DNA of 64,000 nucleotides. Source: Chrysomallon squamiferum. Taxonomy: Eukaryota > Animalia > Mollusca. The DNA lies in the NCBI GenBank assembly GCA_012295275.1, contig CM022673.1, positions 12,400,001 through 12,464,000 on the forward strand. The letters are read 5' to 3'. The position numbers and the translations under genes were made by a program. Positions 24,564 to 39,500 of the stretch are shown here, piece after piece. Every line of letters starts with the position of its first letter. The first letter of the stretch is position 1. The notes beneath the pieces were generated by a model. That model was not told where the DNA came from. It did not search any database and saw only the letters and a list, made by a program, of their open reading frames with translations.

Positions 24564-27500
24564 ATGAGGTGGTCCCAGAAGGACAAGGGTTTTGTACACT
24601 ACTGTACGAGTGTAACAGTGATACTATCAGTAATGCTGAATCTTTCCTTAAAACACTTAGCATCAGCAACCTCTGATTCCCTTTTAACAACAGATTCCAT
24701 GGACCTGTCCACGACGTTAGACTTATCGTACTGGTTAGTGAGCAGCATCAGTGATTTGTCCAGCAGTGATATGTCCAGTACTGGGTATTTAACGACAGAA
24801 ATATTTTTAACTGACAGTAGTATGACATATGTGACTATTACCCCCAGTGCGTCGATTGATATGGCAACAGCTTCCATGGATATCAGTACTGGATGGAGTT
24901 CTCCGTTATATTCAGACAGTGCAAGTATTCCGTTGTCAGAAAGTGATGTGAGTGTGACTGTTGTCACTGGTTCAGTGTCAGTGACAGAAAACATTGCTGT
25001 TTCGTTGTCAGAATATTCTCTTTCATCAGTGGATGGTACTTCGTTTATTAGCGAATCAGTCCAAGCGACAGACACCGTCATCGTGGATTCTCAGACTGTT
25101 TCGTATTCAGCATCAAATGTTGGTCTGGATATGTCTGTGTCATCTTACACGTCAGACACTCTCAGCATCGGAGATTCTTTATCTTCAGGAGCAACTGCGT
25201 ATTTGACTCTCACAGACACCAGCAGTCAGATGATATCTGATTCATCCTTAGCAGAGGCGCCTGGAACAACAACACCAGCTATGGACACGACTTCACCTTA
25301 TTCAATGGACATTTCCTTGTCGGTTTCCATGGACACGATGTCTCAATATTCCTTGGATACGACGTCATCTTATTCTCTGGACCCTTTCAGCCAATCCTTT
25401 TCAGTAGCAACGCCAACGGCAAGCATAACTACATCAGAATCTGCAAGTTTTGACGGATCAGCATCAGTCATCTATACAGTAACCTCTATTGCAGTTTCAG
25501 CAATCGACAGTAACACTCAAATAATTGGAGACTCTTCACAAGGTGTACTGACATCAAGTCAACCAATCTTGAGTTACGAATCTACCAGCATCACCTCCTC
25601 TGATGCTATTTCTAATGCGATTATGGACACCTCAACATTCTCTCCAGCATCAGCAAGCTTCGTCAGTTCTGATTCCTTTGCATACACAACCTCGGACGCA
25701 GCTGGATCAGTTACAGACATCCTAAGCATTAGTAGCTCGGATTTATCAGAACTCGGGAGTATGTTGATATCAAGTCAAACCACGTCAAATTCTGAATATG
25801 CAACTATTTTTTCACAAGACGCCACAGTTCTCGATATGTCTTCGTCACATCCGGCAGTGGACACTAGCCAACCATCAGTGATCAACAGTCTCTCAAGTTC
25901 TCAATCTGCGACCGCCATACTTAGTGATACAACGTCTGCAATATATGTGGAAAGCAACGTCCTGGAAACATCAGCACCAACAGGCACGTACTCTTTGGAA
26001 TTTATCAGCCAGTCAGGTAATACTGTTGTACAGTCAAACATTGATGTGTCGTTGTCTACGTATCAACAGCCAGAATTCCCAACATCAGTTGAATCCCTTC
26101 TAAGTAATATCTATCTGTCGTCCTTTTTCTCAGAACAATCGTTGCTAGGGTCAGCAGAATCTGTAGAGCATACCTCTGCATCATCTTTTTCAGGGTCCCT
26201 TCAATCCAGTCCATATACATCGACAATCAACGTACAGTCAATATTCGTATCAGAACATTTACTGACCGTCTCATATGATCTAACGATGAGTAGTTCATAC
26301 GCATCGTCAGAACACTCAGTATCCGTCTTATATGATCCAATGATAAGTAGTTCATATACCTCATCTGAACAGTCACTGTCCGTTTCATACGATTCAATGA
26401 TGAGTAGTTCATACGCGCCATCTGTACAGTCGGTATCCGTCTCATATGATCTAACGATGAGTAGTTCATATGCCTCATCTCAACAGTCAGTGTCCATCTC
26501 ATATGATCCAATGTTGAGTAGTTCATATGCCTCATCTGAACAATCAGTGTCCGTCTCATATGATCTAACTATAAGTAGTTCATATACCTCATCTCAACAG
26601 TCAGTGTCCGTCTCATATGATCCAATGACGAGTAGTTCATATGCCTCATCTGAACAGTCAGTGTCCGTCTCATATGATCCGATGATGAGTAATTCATATG
26701 CGCAATCTGTACAATCACTGTCAGTCTCATATGATCCAATGTTGAGTAGTTCATATGCCTCATCTGAACAGTCACAGTCCGTCTCATATGATCCAATGAT
26801 GAGTAGTTCATATGCGCCATCTGTACAATTAGTATCCATCTCATATGATCCGATGATGAGTAGTTCTGATGCTTCATCTGAACAGTCAGTGTCCGTCTCA
26901 TACGATCCAACGATGAGTAGTTCATATGCGTCATCTGAACAATCACTGTCCGTCTCTTATGATACAATGATGAGTAGTTCATATGCGCCATATGTACAGT
27001 CAGTGTCCGTCTCATATGATCCAATTATGAGTAGTTCATATGCGCCATATGTACAATCAGTGTCCGTCTCATATGATCTAACGATGAGTAGTTCATATGC
27101 CTCATCTGAACAGTCACAGTCCGTCTCATACGATCCAACGATGAGTAGTTCTTATGCTTCATCTGAACAATCACTGTCCGTCTCCTATGATCCAATGATC
27201 AGTAGTTCATATCCGCCATCTGTACAATCAGTGTCCGTCTCATATGATACGATGATGAGTAGTTCTTATGCCTCATCTCAACAGTCAGTGTCCGTGACAT
27301 ACGATCCGATGATGAGTAGTTCTTATGCTTCATCTGAACAGTCAGTGTCCGTCTCGTACGATCCAACGATGAGTAGTTCTTATGCTTCATATGAACAATC
27401 ACTGTCCGTCTCCTATGATCCAATGATGAGTAGTTCATATGCGACATCTGTACAATCACAGTCCGCCTCCAATGATGCAATGATGAGTAATTCATATGCG

Positions 27501-30500
27501 CCATCTGTACAATCAGTGTCCGTGTCATACGATCCGATGATGAGTAGTTCTTATGCTTCATCTGTACAATCAGTGTCCGTCTCATACGATCCGATGATGA
27601 GTAGTTCTTATGCTTCATCTGAACAATCACTGTCCGTCTCATTTGATCCAATGATGAGTAGTTCATATGCGCCATATGTACAGTCAGTGTCCGTCTCATA
27701 TGATACGATGATGAGTAGTTCTTATGCCTCATCTCAACAGTCAGTGTCCGTCTCATATGATCCGATGATGAGTAGTTCTTATGCTTCATCTGAACAGTCA
27801 GTGTCCGTCTCATACGATCCAATGATGAGTAGTTCTTATGCTTCATCTGAACAATCACTGTCCGTCTCCTATGATCCAATGATGAGTAGTTCATATGCGC
27901 CATATGTACAGTCAGTGTCCGTCTCATATGATCCAATGATGAGTAGTTCATATGTTCCATCTGTACAATCACTGTCCGCCTCCAGTGATGCAATGATGAG
28001 TAATTCAAATGCGCCATCTGTACAATCAGTGTCCGTCTCATACGATCCGACGATGAGTAGTTCTTATGCTTCATCTGAACAGTCAGTGTCCGTGACATAC
28101 GATCCGATGATGAGTAGTTCATATGCCTCATCTGAACAGTCACAGTCCGTCTCATACGATCCAACGATGAGTAGTTCTTATGCTTCATCTGAACAATCAC
28201 TGTCCGTCTCCTATGATCCAATGATCAGTAGTTCATATGCGCCATCTGTACAATCAGTGTCCGTCTCATATGATACGATGATGAGTAGTTCTTATGCCTC
28301 ATCTCAACAGTCAGTGTCCGTGACATACGATCCGATGATGAGTAGTTCTTATGCTTCATCTGAACAGTCAGTGTCCGTCTCGTACGATCCAACGATGAGT
28401 AGTTCTTATGCTTCATATGTACAATCACTGTCCGCCTCCAATGATGCAATGATGAGTAATTCATATGCGCCATCTGTACAATCAGTGTCCGTGTCATACG
28501 ATCTGATGATGAGTAGTTTTTATGCTTCATCTGTACAATCAGTGTCCGTCTCATACGATCCGATGATGAGTAGTTCTTATGCTTCATCTGAACAATCACT
28601 GTCCGTCTCATATGATCCAATGATGAGTAGTTCATATGCGCCATATGTACAGTCAGTGTCCGTCTCATATGATACGATGATGAGTAGTTCTTATGCCTCA
28701 TCTGAACAGTCAGTGTCCGTCTCATACGATCCAATGATGAGTAGTTCTTATGCTTCATCTGAACAATCACTGTCCGTCTCCTATGATCCAATGATGAGTA
28801 GTTCATATGCGCCATATGTACAGTCAGTGTCCGTCTCATATGATCCAATGATGAGTAGTTCATATGTTCCATCTGTACAATCACTGTCCGCCTCCAGTGA
28901 TGCAATGATGAGTAATTCATATGCGCCATCTGTACAATCAGTGTCCGTCTCATACGATCCGACGATGAGTAGTTCTTATGCTTCATCTGAACAGTCAGTG
29001 TCCGTCTCATACGATCCAACGATGAGTAGTTCTTATGCATCATCTGAACAATTACTGTCGGTCTCCTATGATCCAGTGATGAGTAGTTCATATGCGCCAT
29101 CTCTACAGTCAGTGTCCGTTTCATATGATCTAACGACGAGTAGTTCATATGCCTCATCTCAACAGTCAGTGTCGGTTTCATATGATCCAATGATGAGTAG
29201 TTCATATGCGCCATCTGTACAGTCAGTGTCCGTCTCATACGATCCAATGATGAGTAGTTCATATGCGCCATTTGTACAATCACTGTCCGCCTCCTATGAT
29301 CCAATGATGAGTAGTTCATATGCGCCATCTGTACAATCAGTGTCCGTCTCATATGATCTAACGATGAGTAGTTCATATGCGTCATCTCAACAGTCAGTGT
29401 CCGTCTCATATGATCCAATGATGAGTAGTTCATATGCCTCATCTGTGCAGTCAGTGTCCGTCTCATATGATCCGATGATGAGTAGTTCTTATGCCTCATC
29501 TCAACAGTCAGCGTCCGTCTCCGATGATCCTATGATGAGTAGTTCATATGCGCCATATGTACAGTCAGTGTCCGTCTCATATGTTCCGATGATGAGTAGT
29601 TCTTATGCCTCATCTGAACAGTCTGTGTCCGTCTCATACGATCCAGTGATGAGTAGTTCATATGCCTCATCTGAACAGTCACAGTCCGTCTCATATGATC
29701 CAATGATAAGTAGTTCATATGCGCCATCTGTACAGTCAGTGTCCGTCTCATATGATCTAACAATGAGTAGTTCATATGAGCCATCTGTACAGTCAGTGTC
29801 CGTCTCATATGATCTAACAATGAGTAGTTCATATGAGCCATCTGTACAGTCAATGTCCGCCTCATATGATACAATGATGAGTAGTTCATATGCCTCATCT
29901 GAACAGTCACAGTCCATCTCATATGATCCAATGATTAGTAGTTCATATGCGCCATATGTACAGTCAGTGTCCGTCTCATATGATGCGATGATGAGTAGTT
30001 CTTATGCCTCATCTCAACAGTCAGTGTCCGTCTCGTACGATCCAACGATGAGTAGTTCTTATGCTTCATATGAACAATCACTGTCCGTCTCCTATGATCC
30101 AATGATGAGTAGTTCATATGCGCCATCTGTACAATCACTGTCCGCCTCCAATGATGCAATGATGAGTAATTCATATGCGCCATCTGTACAATCAGTGTCC
30201 GTCTCATACGATCCGATGATGAGTAGTTCTTATGCTTCATCTGAACAGTCAGTGTCCGTCTCGTACGATCCAACGATGAGTAGTTCTTATGCTTCATCTG
30301 AACAATCACTGTCCGTCTCATATGATCCAATGATGAGTAGTTCATATGCGCCATATGTACAGTCAGTGTCCGTCTCATATGATACGATGATGAGTAGTTC
30401 TTATGCCTCATCTCAACAGTCAGTGTCCGTCTCATATGATCCGATGATGAGTAGTTCTTATGCTTCATCTGAACAGTCAGTGTCCGTCTCATACGATCCA

Positions 30501-33500
30501 ATGATGAGTAGTTCTTATGCTTCATCTGAACAATCACTGTCCGTCTCCTATGATCCAATGATGAGTAGTTCATATGCGCCATATGTACAGTCAGTGTCCG
30601 TCTCATATGATCCAATTATGAGTAGTTCATATGCTCCATCTGTACAATCACTGTCCGCCTCCAGTGATGCAATGATGAGTAATTCATATGCGCCATCTGT
30701 ACAATCAGTGTCCGTCTCATACGATCCGATGATGAGTAGTTCTTATGCTTCATCTGAACAGTCAGTGTCCGTCTCATACGATCCAACGATGAGTAGTTCT
30801 TATGCTTCATCTGTACAATCAGTGTCCGTCTCATATGATCCAATGATGAGTAGTTCTTATGCCTCATCTCAACAGTCAGTGTCCGTCTCATATGATCCAA
30901 TGATGAGTAGTTCATATGCCTCATCTGAACAGTCTGTGTCCGTCTCATACGATCCAGTGATGAGTAGTTCATATGCCTCATCTGAACAGTCACAGTCCGT
31001 CTCATATGATCCAATGATGAGTAGTTCATATGCGCCATCTGTACAGTCAGTGTCCGTCTCATATGATCTAACAATGAGTAGTTCATATGAGCCATCTGTA
31101 CAGTCAGTGTCCGTCTCATATGATCTAACAATGAGTAGTTCATATGAGCCATCTGTACAGTCAATGTCCGTCTCATATGATACAATGATGAGTAGTTCAT
31201 ATGCCTCATCTGAACAGTCACAGTCCATCTCATATGATCCAATGATTAGTAGTTCATATGCGCCATATGTACAGTCAGTGTCCGTCTCATATGATCCGAT
31301 GATGAGTAATTCATATTCGCCATTTGTACAGTCAGTGTCTGTGTCATATGATCCAATGATGAGTAGTTCTTATGCCTCATCTCAACAGTCAGTGTCCGTC
31401 TCATATGATCCAATGATGAGTAGTTCATATGCCTCATCTGAACAGTCTGTGTCCGTCTCATACGATCCAGTTATGAGTAGTTCATATGCCTCATCTGAAC
31501 AGTCACAGTCCGTCTCATATGATCCAATGATGAGTAGTTCATATGCGCCATATGTACAGTCAGTGTCAGTCTCATATGATCCAATGATGAGTAGTTCTTA
31601 TGCCTCTTCTGAACAGTCAGTGTCCGTCTCATATGATCCAATGATGAGTAGCTCATATGCGCCATCTGTACAATCAGTGTTCGTCTCATATGATCCAATG
31701 ATGAGTAGTTCGTATGCCTCATCTATGGAGTCAGTTTCCGCCTCTTATGATCCAGTGATGAGTAGTTCATATGCATCATCTGAGCAATCAATGGCCGTTT
31801 CATATGATCCAATGATGAACAGTTCATATGCATCATCTGAACAGTCGGTGTCCGTCTCATATGATCCAATGATGAGCAGTTCATATCCGTTTCATCTCAG
31901 AACAATGATGAGCAGTTCATATCCGTCATCAGAACACTCAGTGTCCGTCTCATATGATCCAATGATGAGCAGTTCATATGCTTCCTCTGAGCAGTCGGTT
32001 TCCATCTCATATGATCCAATGCTGAGTAGTTCATATGCCTCTTCAGAACATCCAGTGTCTGTCTCAGTTACGAGTAACCTAATCTCCTCACTTGCAACAG
32101 ACCAACATGATTCATCTCAGCCAGCATCATTTTCTAATGAGTTATTTATGAGTACTTATTCTATTGTTAGTAATTACGCTACCGAAACACTAGTGAGTAG
32201 TAATCCATTGCTGAGTAGTTACTCTACTGAAGCAGTGGCAAGTACTAATCCAGGTGTGAGTAGCAGCTATCAGCAGATGTCATCCTCAGTTTCTTTCGGA
32301 CAACTGTTGAGTAGTGTGTATGTGTCATCATCTTTCGTTGGACAGTCCGTGTCAGCTTATGTTTCACAGACTGTGATGAGTGTTCTGGGTGCCTCAACAG
32401 AACAATCAGTTTTCTATGAATCTTCAGAATCACAACTGGATATAACGAGCAGCCCGGATTCCTCTTCAAAATCAATGGAAATGTCTTTCTCTATTCCTTC
32501 ATCTATAATGGAACTTTCATTATCGCAGTCGATACCAGAAGCAGCGAGTAGTAGCTATTCTTTTTCGTTTTCAGTGGAACATTCTGTAACAGGCTCAGTC
32601 GAATCAGTGTATATTTCCTCAGTGCCAGTAGAAGATACATTATCAACATCAAACCCATCTGAACCAGTCACAGGTAGTTTCTATGCCTCGGAACATTCGT
32701 TATCTGATGAAACAGTTATGAGTAGTGACTATTATGTCTCCTCATTCTCGACGGAACAATCAGTATCAACATCAGGTGAGTTAATGTCGAATAGTCTCTA
32801 TGCCTCGAATTTACTAACAAAACTTTCACTGCTAACCGCAATCTCAGTTGAACCTACCACCGTGTCGGTAAAACAATTAATATCACTAACAAATAACCTT
32901 TATGCCTCCTCATTCTCAGTGGACGAAGCTAAAGCAGTATCACATGACTTAATGTCGAGTAGTTTCTATGCCTCTTTTACATTCACAGACCAATCATTCT
33001 TAACCGTTAACTCAGATGAATTATTAAGTAGTATTTACGTGTCAAAAGAAAAACCAGTAACAGCCGAATCGCTAAAGAATAGTATATCTCAGGTTTCCTC
33101 TTTATTAGGGGATCAGTCCTTTACTGGTTCAGATGAGTCATTATCATATGTCATTTACTCCACTTCGTCTTTTAAAATGTCACCATCCACAGCATCAGAT
33201 TTCAGTGATTTCTTTTTTTCTTCATCATTAACAGAACAGCCATACTTATTATCAGGTTCCGAAGAAACTGTAATGAAAAGTGTATACACTTCTTTATCTT
33301 CCCTAGAACGGTCACTGTTACTCGAATCACTAATGATTAGCTCATATGTCTCTTTGTTGCAAATTTCCCAAGCTTTAGTTTCCGCTGAACCAGCAACGAA
33401 TTATCTTTTCAGCACAATAGAAACATCAAAACCATCTGAAATTGTAATGAGAGGTTCAGATTCTGTTTTGTCAAACTCAGTGACAGGCGAATTAGTATCG

Positions 33501-36500
33501 AATGGACTCTATATATCCACTTTATTAACCGAGCAAACGTCCACTTTATTAACAAAACAAAAATCCACTTTATTCACAGAACAAATACCCACTTTAATAG
33601 AACAGACATCCACGTTGATAAATTCAGATGAAGCTATCATTAGCCCCAATCTATATACCTCTAAACTCTCTTCTGAACACTCAAGTCAATTCATGTCGCA
33701 TAGTCTCTATATATCCACAGAAGAAATATCCATGTCAGTAAGCTCATATGAAACTGTCATTAATTCCGCTGTCGCTATAGATCAGTCAGTGTCCGCGGTG
33801 TCAATGACCGATGGTCACTATACCTCCACATTCTCTATGCAGCAGTCAAATGAATTAATAGCGAGTAGAAATTTTGTCTCTTCTTTACTAACTGACCAAT
33901 TATCACTAACATTGAATTTACTTCTACCTATGAGTAGTCGCTATGCATCAGTAGAACATTCAGCATCAGTGGAATCATTAAAAAGTGGTGTGTATGTTTC
34001 TTCACCATTAGTAGAACAATCAGGATTAGATGAGTCAGTGACTCATAGTCTATACGGCTCTTTTGTATTGACAGATCTGTCACCAATTATTATTACAGCA
34101 ATGAGTGACTTCTTTGACACCTTGTCAATAACAGAACAGTTATTCTCAGTATCAGGTTCTCAGGTTTTTGCCTCTTTGCCCTCGTTGTCAGTTTCAGCTG
34201 AATTAATAGTAAGGAATCCTGATGAATCCATAATTTCAGTGGAAGAGTCACCATCACTAGAATTAGTCATTATCGGTTTGAATATATCCTCGTCTATGAT
34301 AGATCCAACATCCCCAGATACCGTTTCAGCTGAATTAATAACTAGTAGACTGCATTCTTTCACAGAACAGCCAGGGTCATCTGAATTAATAACCAGTACA
34401 ATTCACTCTTCCGCAGAACATTCAGCGTCATCTGAATTAATAACTAGCAGACTGCACTCTTCCGTAAAACTGTCAGCGTCAGCTGAATTAATAACTAGCA
34501 GACTTCACTCTTCCGCAGAACAGTCAGCGTCAGCTGAATTAATAAGTAGTAGACTGCACTCTTCCGCAGAACAGTCAGCACCATCTGAATTAATAACTAG
34601 CAGACTGCACTCTTCCGCAAAACAGTCAGCGTCAGCTGAATTAATAACTAGCAGATTGCACTCTTCCGCAGAACAGTCAGCGTCATATGAATTAATAACT
34701 AGCAGACTGCACTCTTCCGCAGAAGATTCAGCATCATCTGAATTAATAACTAGAAGACTGCACTCTTCCGCAGACCAGTCAGCGTCATATAAATTAATAA
34801 GTAGCACACTGCACTCTTCCGCAGAACAGTCAGCATCATCTGAATTAATAACTAGTAGACTGCAATCTTCCGCAGAAGATTCAGCGTCAGCTGAATTAAT
34901 AACGAGTAGACTTCACTCTTCCGCAGAACAGTCAGCGTCATCTCAATTAATAACTAGTAGATTGCACTCTTCCGCAGAAGATTCAGCGTCATCTGAATTA
35001 ATAACTAGTAGACTGCACTCTTCCGCAGAACAGTCAGCATCATCTGAATTAATAACGAGTAGACTTCACTCTTCCGCAGAACAGTCAGCGTCAGCTGAAT
35101 TAATAACTAGCTGCAATCTTCAGAACAGTCAGAATGAATTAATAACTAGTAGACTGCACTCTTCCGCAGAACAGTCAGCGTCATCTGAATTAATAACCAG
35201 TAGACTGCACTCTTCCGCAGAAGATTCAGCGTCATCTGAATTAATAACTAGCAGACTGCACTCTTCCGCAGAACAGTCAGCGTCATCTGAATTAATAACC
35301 AGTAGACTGCACTCTTCCGCAGAACAGTCAGCGTCAACTGAATTAATAAGTAGCACACTGCACTCTTCCGCAGAACAGACAGCGTCATCTGAATTAATAA
35401 CGAGTAGACTGCATTCTTACGCACAACAGTCAGCATCATCTGAATTAATAAGTAGCACACTGGACTCTTCCGCAGAACAGTCAGCGTCATTTGAATTACC
35501 AACTAGTAGACTTCACTCTTCCGCAGAACAGTCAGCGTCAGCTGAATTAATGACTAGTAGACTTCAGTCTTCCGCAGAACAGTCAGCGTCAGCTGAATTA
35601 ATAAGTACCATACTGCACTCTTCCGCAGAACAATCAGCGTCATCTGAATTAATAACTAGTAGACTGCACTCTTCCGCAGAACAGTCAGCGTCATCTGAAT
35701 TAATAACCAGTAGACTTCACTCTTCCGCAGAACAGTCAGCGTCATCTGAATTAATAACTATGAGACTGCACCCTTCCGCAGAACAGTCAGCGTCATCTGA
35801 ATTAATAACTAGTAGACTTCAGTCTTCCGCAGAACAGTCAGCGTCATCTGAATTAATAACTAGCAGACTGCACTCTTCCGCAGAACAGTCAGCGTCATCT
35901 GAATTAATAACTAGTAGACTGCACACTTCCGCAGAACAGTCAGCGTCATCTGAATTAATAACTAGCAGACTGCACTCTTCCGCAGAACAGTCAGCGTCAT
36001 CTGAATTAATAAGTAGCATAATGCACTCTTCCGCAGAACAGTCAGCGTCATCTGAATTAATAACTATGAGACTGCACTCTTCCGCAGAACAGTCAGCGTC
36101 AGCTGAATTAATAACTAGCAGACTTCAGTCTTCCGCAGAACAGTCAGCGTCATATGAATTAATAACCAGTAGACTTCACTCTTCCGCAGAACAGACAGCG
36201 TCAGCTGAATTACTAAGTAGCACACTGCACTCTTCCGCAGAACAGTCAGCATCATCTGAATTAATAACTAGTACAGTGCAATTCTTCCGCAGAACAGTCA
36301 GCGTCAGCTGAATTAATAACTAGCAGACTTCAGTCTTCCGCAGAACAGTCAGCGTCATATGAATTAATAACCAGTAGACTTCACTCTTCCGCAGAACAGT
36401 CAGCGTCATCTGAATTAATAACCAGTAGACTTCACTCTTCCGCAGAACAGTCGACGTCATATGAATTAATAACTATGAGAGTGCACCCTTCCGCAGAACA

Positions 36501-39500
36501 GTCAGCGTCATCTGAATTAATAACTAGTAAACTTCACTCTTCCGCAGAACAGTCAGCGTCATCTGAATTAATAAGTAGCACACTGCACTCTTCCGCAGAA
36601 CAGTCAGCGTCATCTGAATTAATAACTAGCAGACTGCACTCTTCCGCAGAACAGTCAGCGTCATCTGAATTAATAACTAGCAGACTGCACTCTTCCGCAG
36701 AACAGTCAGCGTCATCTGAATTAATAACTAGTAGACTGCACTCTTCCGCAGAACAGTCAGCGTCATCTGAATTAATAACCAGTAGACTTCACTCTTCCGC
36801 AGAACAGTCAGCTTCATCTGAATTAATAACTAGCAGACTGGACTCTTCCGCAGAACAGTCAGCGTCATCTGAATTAATAACTATGTAGACTGCACTCTTC
36901 CGCAGAACAGTCAGCGTCAGCTGAATTAATAACTAGTAGACTTCACTCTTCCGCAGAACAGTCAGCGTCATCTGAATTAATAACCAGTAGACTTCACTCT
37001 TCCGCAGAACAGTCAGCGTCAGCTGAATTAATAACTAGCAGACTGCACTCTTCCGCAGAACAGTCAGCATCATCTGAATTAATAACTAGTAGACTGCAAT
37101 CTTCCGCAGAACAGTCAGCGTCAGCTGAATTAATAACTAGCAGACTTCAGTCTTCCGCAGAACAGTCAGCGTCATCTGAATTAATAACTAGTAGACTGCA
37201 CTCTTCCGCAGAACAGTCAGCGTCATCTGAATTAATAACTAGTAGACTGCACTCTTCCGCAGAACAGTCAGCGTCATCTGAATTAATAACTAGCAGACTG
37301 CACTCTTCCGCAGAACAGTCAGCGTCATCTGAATTAATAAGTAGCACACTGGACTCTTCCGCAGAACAGTCAGCGTCATCAGCATTAATAACGAGTAGAC
37401 TGCATTCTTACGCAGAACAGTCAGCATCATCTGAATTTATAAGAACAGTAGCACATCTGAATTAATAACGACTAGACTGCACTCTTCCGCAGAACAGTCA
37501 GCGTCAGCTGAATTAATAACTAGCAGACTTAAGTCTTCCGCAGAACAGTCAGCGTCATCTGAATTAATAACCAGTAGACTTCAGTCTTCCGCAGAACAGT
37601 CAGCGTCATCTGAATTAATAACTAGTAGACTTCAGTCTTCCGCAGAACAGTCAGCGTCAGCTGAATTAATAAGTAGTAGATTGCACTCTTCCGCAGAAGA
37701 TTCAGCGTCATCTGAATTAATAAGTAGTAGACTGCACTCTTCCGCAGAACAGTCAGCATCATCTGAATTAATAACTAGCAGACTGCACTCTTCCGCAAAA
37801 CAGTCAGCGTCAGCTGAATTAATAACTAGCAGACTGCACTCTTCCGCAGAAGATTCAGCATCATCTGAATTAATAACTAGCAGACTGCACTCTCATCTGA
37901 ATTAATAACGACTAGACTTCACTCTTCCGCAGAACAGATTCAGCATCATCTGAATTAATAACTAGCAGACTGCACTCTTCCGCAGAAGATTCAGCGTCAT
38001 CTGAATTAATAACTAGCAGACTGCACTCTTCCGCAGAAGATTCAGCATCATCTGAATTAATAACTAGAAGACTGCACTCTTCCGCAGAAGATTCAGCATC
38101 ATCTGAATTAATAACTAGAAGACTGCACTCTTCCGCAGAACAGTCAGCGTCATCTGAATTAATAACTAGCAGACTTCACTCTTCCGCAGAACAGTCAGCG
38201 TCATCTGAATTAATAACTAGCAGACTTCACTCTTCCGCAGAACAGTCAGCGTCATCTGAATTAATAACCAGTAGACTTCACTCTTCCGCAGAACAGTGAA
38301 TTAATAACTAGTATCTGAATTAATAACATAGCGTCATCTGAATTAATAACTAGCAGACTGCACTCTTCCGCAGAACAGTCAGCGTCATCTGAATTAATAA
38401 CTAGTAGACTGCACTCTTCCGCAGAACAGTCAGCGTCATCTGAATTAATAACTAGCAGACTTCACTCTTCCGCAGAACAGTCAGCGTCATCTGAATTAAT
38501 AACTAGTAGACTGCAATCTTCCGCAGAACAGTCAGCGTCATCTGAACTAATAACTAGCAGACTGCACTCTTCCGCAGAACAGTCAGCGTCATCTGAATTA
38601 ATAACTAGTAGACTGCACTCTTCCGCAGAACAGTCAGCGTCATCTGAATTAATAACTAGTAGACTGCACTCTTCCGCAGAACAGTCAGCGTCATCTGAAT
38701 TAATAACTAGCAGACTGCACTCTTCCGCAGAACAGTCAGCGTCATCTGAATTAATAACTAGTAAATTTCACTCTTCCGCAGAACAGTCAGCGTCATCTGA
38801 ATTAATAACTAGTAGACTTCACTCTTCCGCAGAACAGTCAGCATCATCTGAATTAATAACGACTAGACTTCACTCTTCCGCAGAACAGCCAGCGTCAGCT
38901 GAATTAATAACGACTAGACTTCACTCTTCCGCAGAACAGTCAGCATCATCTGAATTAATAACTAGTAGACTGCAATATTCCGCAGAAGATTCAGCGTCAG
39001 CTCAATTAATAACGAGTAGACTTTACTCTTCCGCAGAACAGTCAGCGTCAGCTGAATTAATAACTAGCAGACTGCACTCTTCCGCAGAACAGTCAGCGTC
39101 ATCTGAATTAATAACTAGTAGACTTCACTCTTCCGCAGAACAGTCAGCATCATCTGAATTAATAACTAGTAGACTGCAATCTTCCGCAGAACATTCAGCG
39201 TCAGCTGAATTAATAAGTAGCACACTGCACTCTTCCGCAGAACAGTCAGCGTCATCTGAATTAATAACTAGTAGACTGCACTCTTCCGCAGAACAGTCTG
39301 TGTCAGCTGAATCTTTAAGTAGTAATCTTTCCTCAATCTCTGTGGATACGTCAAGTGAGTTGATGTCAATTAATTTTTATTTATCTACTTTAGAGTCAGA
39401 ACAATTGTCACAAACGTTAAGTTTAGAACCCGTCACAAGTATCGCTCCCTTATTGGAGCATTTGGTATCGTCAGAGTTAGTAATTAGTAGCATGTATGTT

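Noticed and set aside
26227-31722. Long minus-strand ORFs (MRRTLTVQMRHMNYSSLDH repeats, up to 424 aa)
   Set aside because: Stop-free by-product of a 57-bp unit; broken whenever the sense codon is ATA/ATT/ATC-AGT, while the plus frame stays open and has a signal peptide.
26253-39311. Regular repeats as a CRISPR array or non-coding satellite
   Set aside because: No unique spacers or cas genes; eukaryotic context; unit lengths are multiples of 3 and in frame with flanking unique coding sequence.
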